Positions 62,595 to 64,000 of a DNA stretch of 64,000 nucleotides are shown here, one piece after another. This DNA is from Mobula hypostoma. Taxonomy: Eukaryota. The stretch spans positions 23,066,001 through 23,130,000 of the forward strand of contig NC_086118.1 in the NCBI RefSeq assembly GCF_963921235.1. Direction: 5' to 3'. The position numbers were made by a program, and so were the translations under genes. Under the pieces are notes generated by a model that searched no databases, was not told where the DNA came from, and saw only the letters and a program-made list of their open reading frames with translations. Position 1 is the first letter of the stretch. The number at the start of each line of letters is the position of its first letter.

Positions 62595-62860
62595 TTCTGG
62601 CTCTTTTGTTGCTTCGAGCCACAACATGCAGCAATACACCGATTTAACCATAGACTAATCACGGGCCAATTTACAACGACCAATTAACCTACTAACACAT
62701 ACGCCTTTGGACTGCGGGAGAAACCTGGAGCACCTAGATGAAGTCCATGCACACACGGGAAAGAACATGCAAACTTGCTTACAAAAGATGCCGGAATTGA
62801 TCTCCAAACTCCGATGCCCGAGCTGTAATAGCGTTGTGCTAGCTACTCGTCTACTGTGGT
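62595..62860 (-). mobile_element. HE1/V-SINE-like SINE
   Basis: CCTTTGGACTGCGGGAGAAACCTGGAGCACCTAG V-domain reverse complement. Confidence 0.8.
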
Positions 62861-64000
62861 GTCGTCTTATTTCCGAAGCTGAATAATGTAGCAAGTAGTA
62901 GAACTACATATTTTGAGAAACTTTCCCACTTCAACAGGGTCAAATTAATAGACGTATGGCTGAATGGGCTAAACCATTTACCTCAAATAAAGGCAGGCTT
63001 ACTAAATGTTTTCCTATCCAGGCTTGAAAAAAATGTCATTTAAACAAAGTTCTTATTGCAAATTGGTTGGAGAAATCGGAACAGAACTATTGAATTTTTA
63101 AATAAATATTTGAACAGTTAATTGAAGTAACAGGTAACCAGTATTTCCGATTACACCAGAGTTCACCCATTCATATCCCATGAACATTGCTGCAAAATAC
63201 ATTTTCATAAGGATAAGAAACCCTATATTGTAGAAACTCTCATGTGTTTGGCCCGTGGTGTATATGCTTGCAGGCAAAGGACATAAAAGCTAATAGTTGG
63301 TTTGCTTTACAACTTCAGTTTTCATGAATTTTAATAAGTTACAGCAGAATTTAAGTCTGTTTTTCCAACTAATAATTATTTGTGATGGGTATTTCTTCAA
63401 AGAGAAGCCCACTAAAAGCAAAACCTGAAGTTCAAAAATTTTAAAAAATGCCATGATTATTTCTTGTAGCACCTGCTGTTGGTTAGATTTGTTTGTTCAT
63501 ATTTAAGATCTTGTTGTATTAAGTGCAAAGTGATATTGTTGTTATCGGGAAATAAGCTTCTGGGTTCTGAGTAAGTCAGGGAAGCCCTGAACTATGCTGA
63601 CTGAATAATCATGAAATATATAGCTCAGGGAATGAGAAGCATGTGTATGTTAGAAATAGCAATTTTAATGTCAAATCATGCACAGAAAATTAAATCAGGA
63701 GGGATAGATAGTATGGATGAAAAGAAAGAAAAATATTCCTTCAAATTTTAGATTATTGCATTTTATAAAAATGTCAAAGAATCTTACCATAAGGAATAAG
63801 ATACTACACAACACTTAACATGTTCCAAGAAGGTTTATTGGTGGTAGTTAAATGTTGATACATGATGAAAAGACTGCTTAAACTTGAAATGACAAAGTTT
63901 AACTTTCTGTGCAGGTTTAGTTTGTTTTTACCGTGCAAAAGCAGCAAAAAAAAACCCAAAAATAAAACACATAAAAAGCTGAAAATACTAAGCAGGTTTG

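Overview
Repeat-dense, AT-rich eukaryotic DNA. The repeat families present (HE1/V-SINE-like, Deu-SINE-like, Rex1/Babar, CR1, L2 and Penelope-like) point to a cartilaginous fish, probably a ray; this is an inference. No host protein-coding gene could be identified with confidence, and almost all ORFs in the track are transposon remnants or noise. The best-supported features are: a full-length, recently inactivated Mag-type Ty3/Gypsy LTR retrotransposon (31074-35560, 5-bp TSD); two solo LTRs with 4-bp TSDs; two divergently oriented tRNA-Gln(TTG) genes; several Penelope-like elements carrying minimal hammerhead-ribozyme motifs; a young Vingi/Ingi-like LINE tail; and many nested LINE/SINE fragments. 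The most unusual observation is that the Gypsy element has no tRNA primer-binding site. The sequence just after its 5' LTR is instead complementary to the LTR's own poly(A)-signal region. Other points of interest are a YLDN RT motif, an in-frame repeat array of YY1-type motifs in gag, twin-primed Rex1 insertions, a tRNA inside a 198-bp tandem unit, a candidate TATA promoter and first exon on the minus strand, and a local templated duplication. Boundaries of old LINE/SINE fragments are approximate, and family names come from motif recognition rather than database searches.
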